From Nitrososphaerota archaeon (GTDB lineage Archaea > Thermoproteota > EX4484-205 > JAAOZP01): a DNA stretch of 64,000 bases. Of this stretch, positions 61,925-64,000 are shown piece by piece (within the stretch, counting starts at the first letter, position 1; every line of letters begins with the position of its first letter). The notes under the pieces are model-generated. The model saw only the letters and a list, made by a program, of their open reading frames with translations. It was not told the DNA's origin and did no database searches. A program made the position numbers and the translations under genes. The DNA lies in assembly GCA_011605725.1 (NCBI GenBank), contig JAAOZP010000019.1, forward strand, positions 23,278 to 87,277, written 5' to 3'.

Positions 61925-64000
61925 TGGCACATGGACGCTGCCTGGTGGATGGATCGGCTCGACAGCCGATGAAGGCCGTGGCAAGCGGCGATACGCCCCG
62001 GGTAGGAGCATGCATCCGTTGATCCGGGGATCGCTGAATGGGTAACCTTCCCTGGGCTTCAGCTCAGGGAACACCCTCCGCAAGGAGGGTGGGGGAACCC
62101 GCCGAAAGGAAGCATCTGAGTAGGCGGAGGAAAGGAAATCAAAACGAGACTCCCTGAGTAACGGCGAGTGAAAGGGGATCAGCCCAAACCGAAACAGGCG
62201 TGGATGACACGCTTGTGATGTGGTGTTGAGGCGGAAGCGTTCCCTCCAATCCGGGCTGACCCGAAGGGACCTGGAATGGTCCGCCATAGAGGGTGACAGC
62301 CCCGTAGGGGTAGGCCTGGAGGAGGATGGCTTCTCAGCCTGAGTACCATAGCTCGAATATGCTATGGGAAGCAGGGAGCCAGCTGCTTCCAAGGCTAAGT
62401 ACTCGTCGAGACCGATAGCGCACCAGTACGGTGACGGAAATCTGAAAAGCGCCCCGGAAGGGGGGTGAAAAGCGCCTGAAACCAGGCAGTTATAGACGTG
62501 CATGGCCTGAAAGGGTTACTCCCTTCAAAAGCGGGAGCTGGAGACGGCTCTTCGCGATGAAGGGTACCAGGGTCATGCGCTCCGTCTTGAAACACGGGCC
62601 GGGGAGTTTACCGTCATGGCGAGCTTAAGAGGCTTCAAGCCTCGTAGGCGTAGGGAAACCGACTCCACGCACAGCCTTTTTAAGGCTGGAGGTGGGGGGT
62701 GTGTCGAGCGCCCTTAGTCATGACGGTAAGACTAGAAACCGAGCGATCTAGCCCTGGGCAGGGCGAAGCCAGGCGAAAGCCTGGTGGAGGCCCGTAGGGG
62801 TGCTGACGTGCAATTCGTTCCTCTGACCTGGGGCTAGGGGACAAAAACCAATCTAGCTCGGTGATAGCTAGTTCCCTCCGAAGTGAGTCGCAGCTCAGCC
62901 CGCCTGGAGGAGGCGCGCTGGGTAGAGCACTGATTGAGCGGTAAGGGCTCGAAAGGGCCCGCCTCTCTTTCAAACTCCGAACCAGCGTGCTCCTGAGAAG
63001 GGCGGAGTGGGGTTCCGCGGGTTAAGCTCGTGGACCGAGAGGGGAGCAACCCAGACCAGGGTTAAGGTCCCCAAATGCCAGCTAAGTGTCAAACCAAAGG
63101 GCGTCTTGCCTCTTAGACAACCGGGGTGTAGGCTTAGAAGCAGCCATCACTTAAAAAGTGCGTAACAGCTTACCGGTCGAGAGGCAAGGCCCCGAAAATG
63201 GACGGGGCTTAAGCTGGCTACCGATACCCTGGAGCACGCCGCAACGCGGCGTGTCTGGTAGGAGGGCGTTCGGCTTGGGGAGAAGCTGGGTCGTGAGGCC
63301 CAGTGGACCGAGCCGAAGTGTAGATCCCGGTGGTAGTAACAGCAAAGTTGGGTGAGAATCCCAACCGCCGTAAGGGCCAGGGTTCCCCGGCGATGCGTCG
63401 TCAGCCGGGGGTTAGTCGGTCCTAAGGCCTGCTCTTAACACGAGTAGGCCGATAAGGGGAAGCCGGTTAATATTCCGGCACCAGACGGGTACGTGCGGCG
63501 ACGCTAGGCTCAGGAGCCGACGGCTTGGGATAGGGTGAGCAGGGTTGCTGCCCTGTTTAACCGTTTAAGCCTGGGGAGTGCCGTAAAGGCGAGAACCAGG
63601 TGAAGACGGGAATAGCACGCCATTAGGCGTGTTCACCCGATTCCTAGGCCCATGGAAAAGGCTTCTGAGAAGGATCCCGTCTGACCGTACCGAGAACCGA
63701 CACAGGTGCCCCTGGGTGAGAAGCCCAAGGCGTGTCGGGGGTAATCCATGGCGAGGGAACTCGGCAAATTGGCCACGTAACTTCGGGAGAAGTGGTGCCT
63801 GAAGCTGGGCCGCGAGGCTTGGCTTCAGGTCGCAGTGACAAGGGGGTCCCGACTGTTTACTAAAAACATAGGGAACCGTTAGCCCGAAAGGGTTTACACG
63901 GTTCCTGAATCCTGGCCAGTGGCGGTACCTGAAACCTGGGTCCAACCGGGCTAAGGGCCGCTAAACGCCGGGAGTAACTCTGACTCTCTTAAGGTAGCCA
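61925..64000 (+). rRNA. rrl: 23S rRNA, 5' part (runs off window; 5' end approximate)
   Basis: GGTGGATGGATCGGCTCG, CCGTCTTGAAACACGGG, GAGGGAACTCGGCAAA and CTCTCTTAAGGTAGC conserved segments. Confidence 0.97.

Overview
Archaeal chromosomal window, TACK-like by inference: 16S-23S rRNA with no tRNA in the spacer, intron-containing tRNAs including non-canonical positions, and a Cdv/ESCRT-III-Vps4 locus. Positions 1-37.3 kb are mostly core or metabolic genes: MTAP, GTP-PEPCK, a fluoride-riboswitch-led prenyltransferase-repeat operon, htrA, a BlaR/BlaI pair with a NEW3-ABC exporter, DNA ligase, cobO, intein-containing class II RNR, GH36, gatCA, ESCRT and rpiA. Positions 37.4-58.3 kb form an accessory region bracketed by two convergent tRNA-Thr genes. 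It holds many gene fragments, about five toxin-antitoxin modules, MFS/ChrB, a complete trpEGDCFBA operon and an inverted gatCA remnant. After it come tRNA-His, tRNA-Ala, a phosphotriesterase-family gene and the rRNA operon. The most striking observation is a short palindrome, consensus TAGCGCGCGCTA, found more than 20 times and almost only in the accessory region or at gene-block edges. It sits exactly at the points where gene fragments start or stop, and it is absent from the same position in paralogous copies. This suggests an undescribed linker/scar-leaving recombination or end-joining process. All calls are by eye, without database searches.
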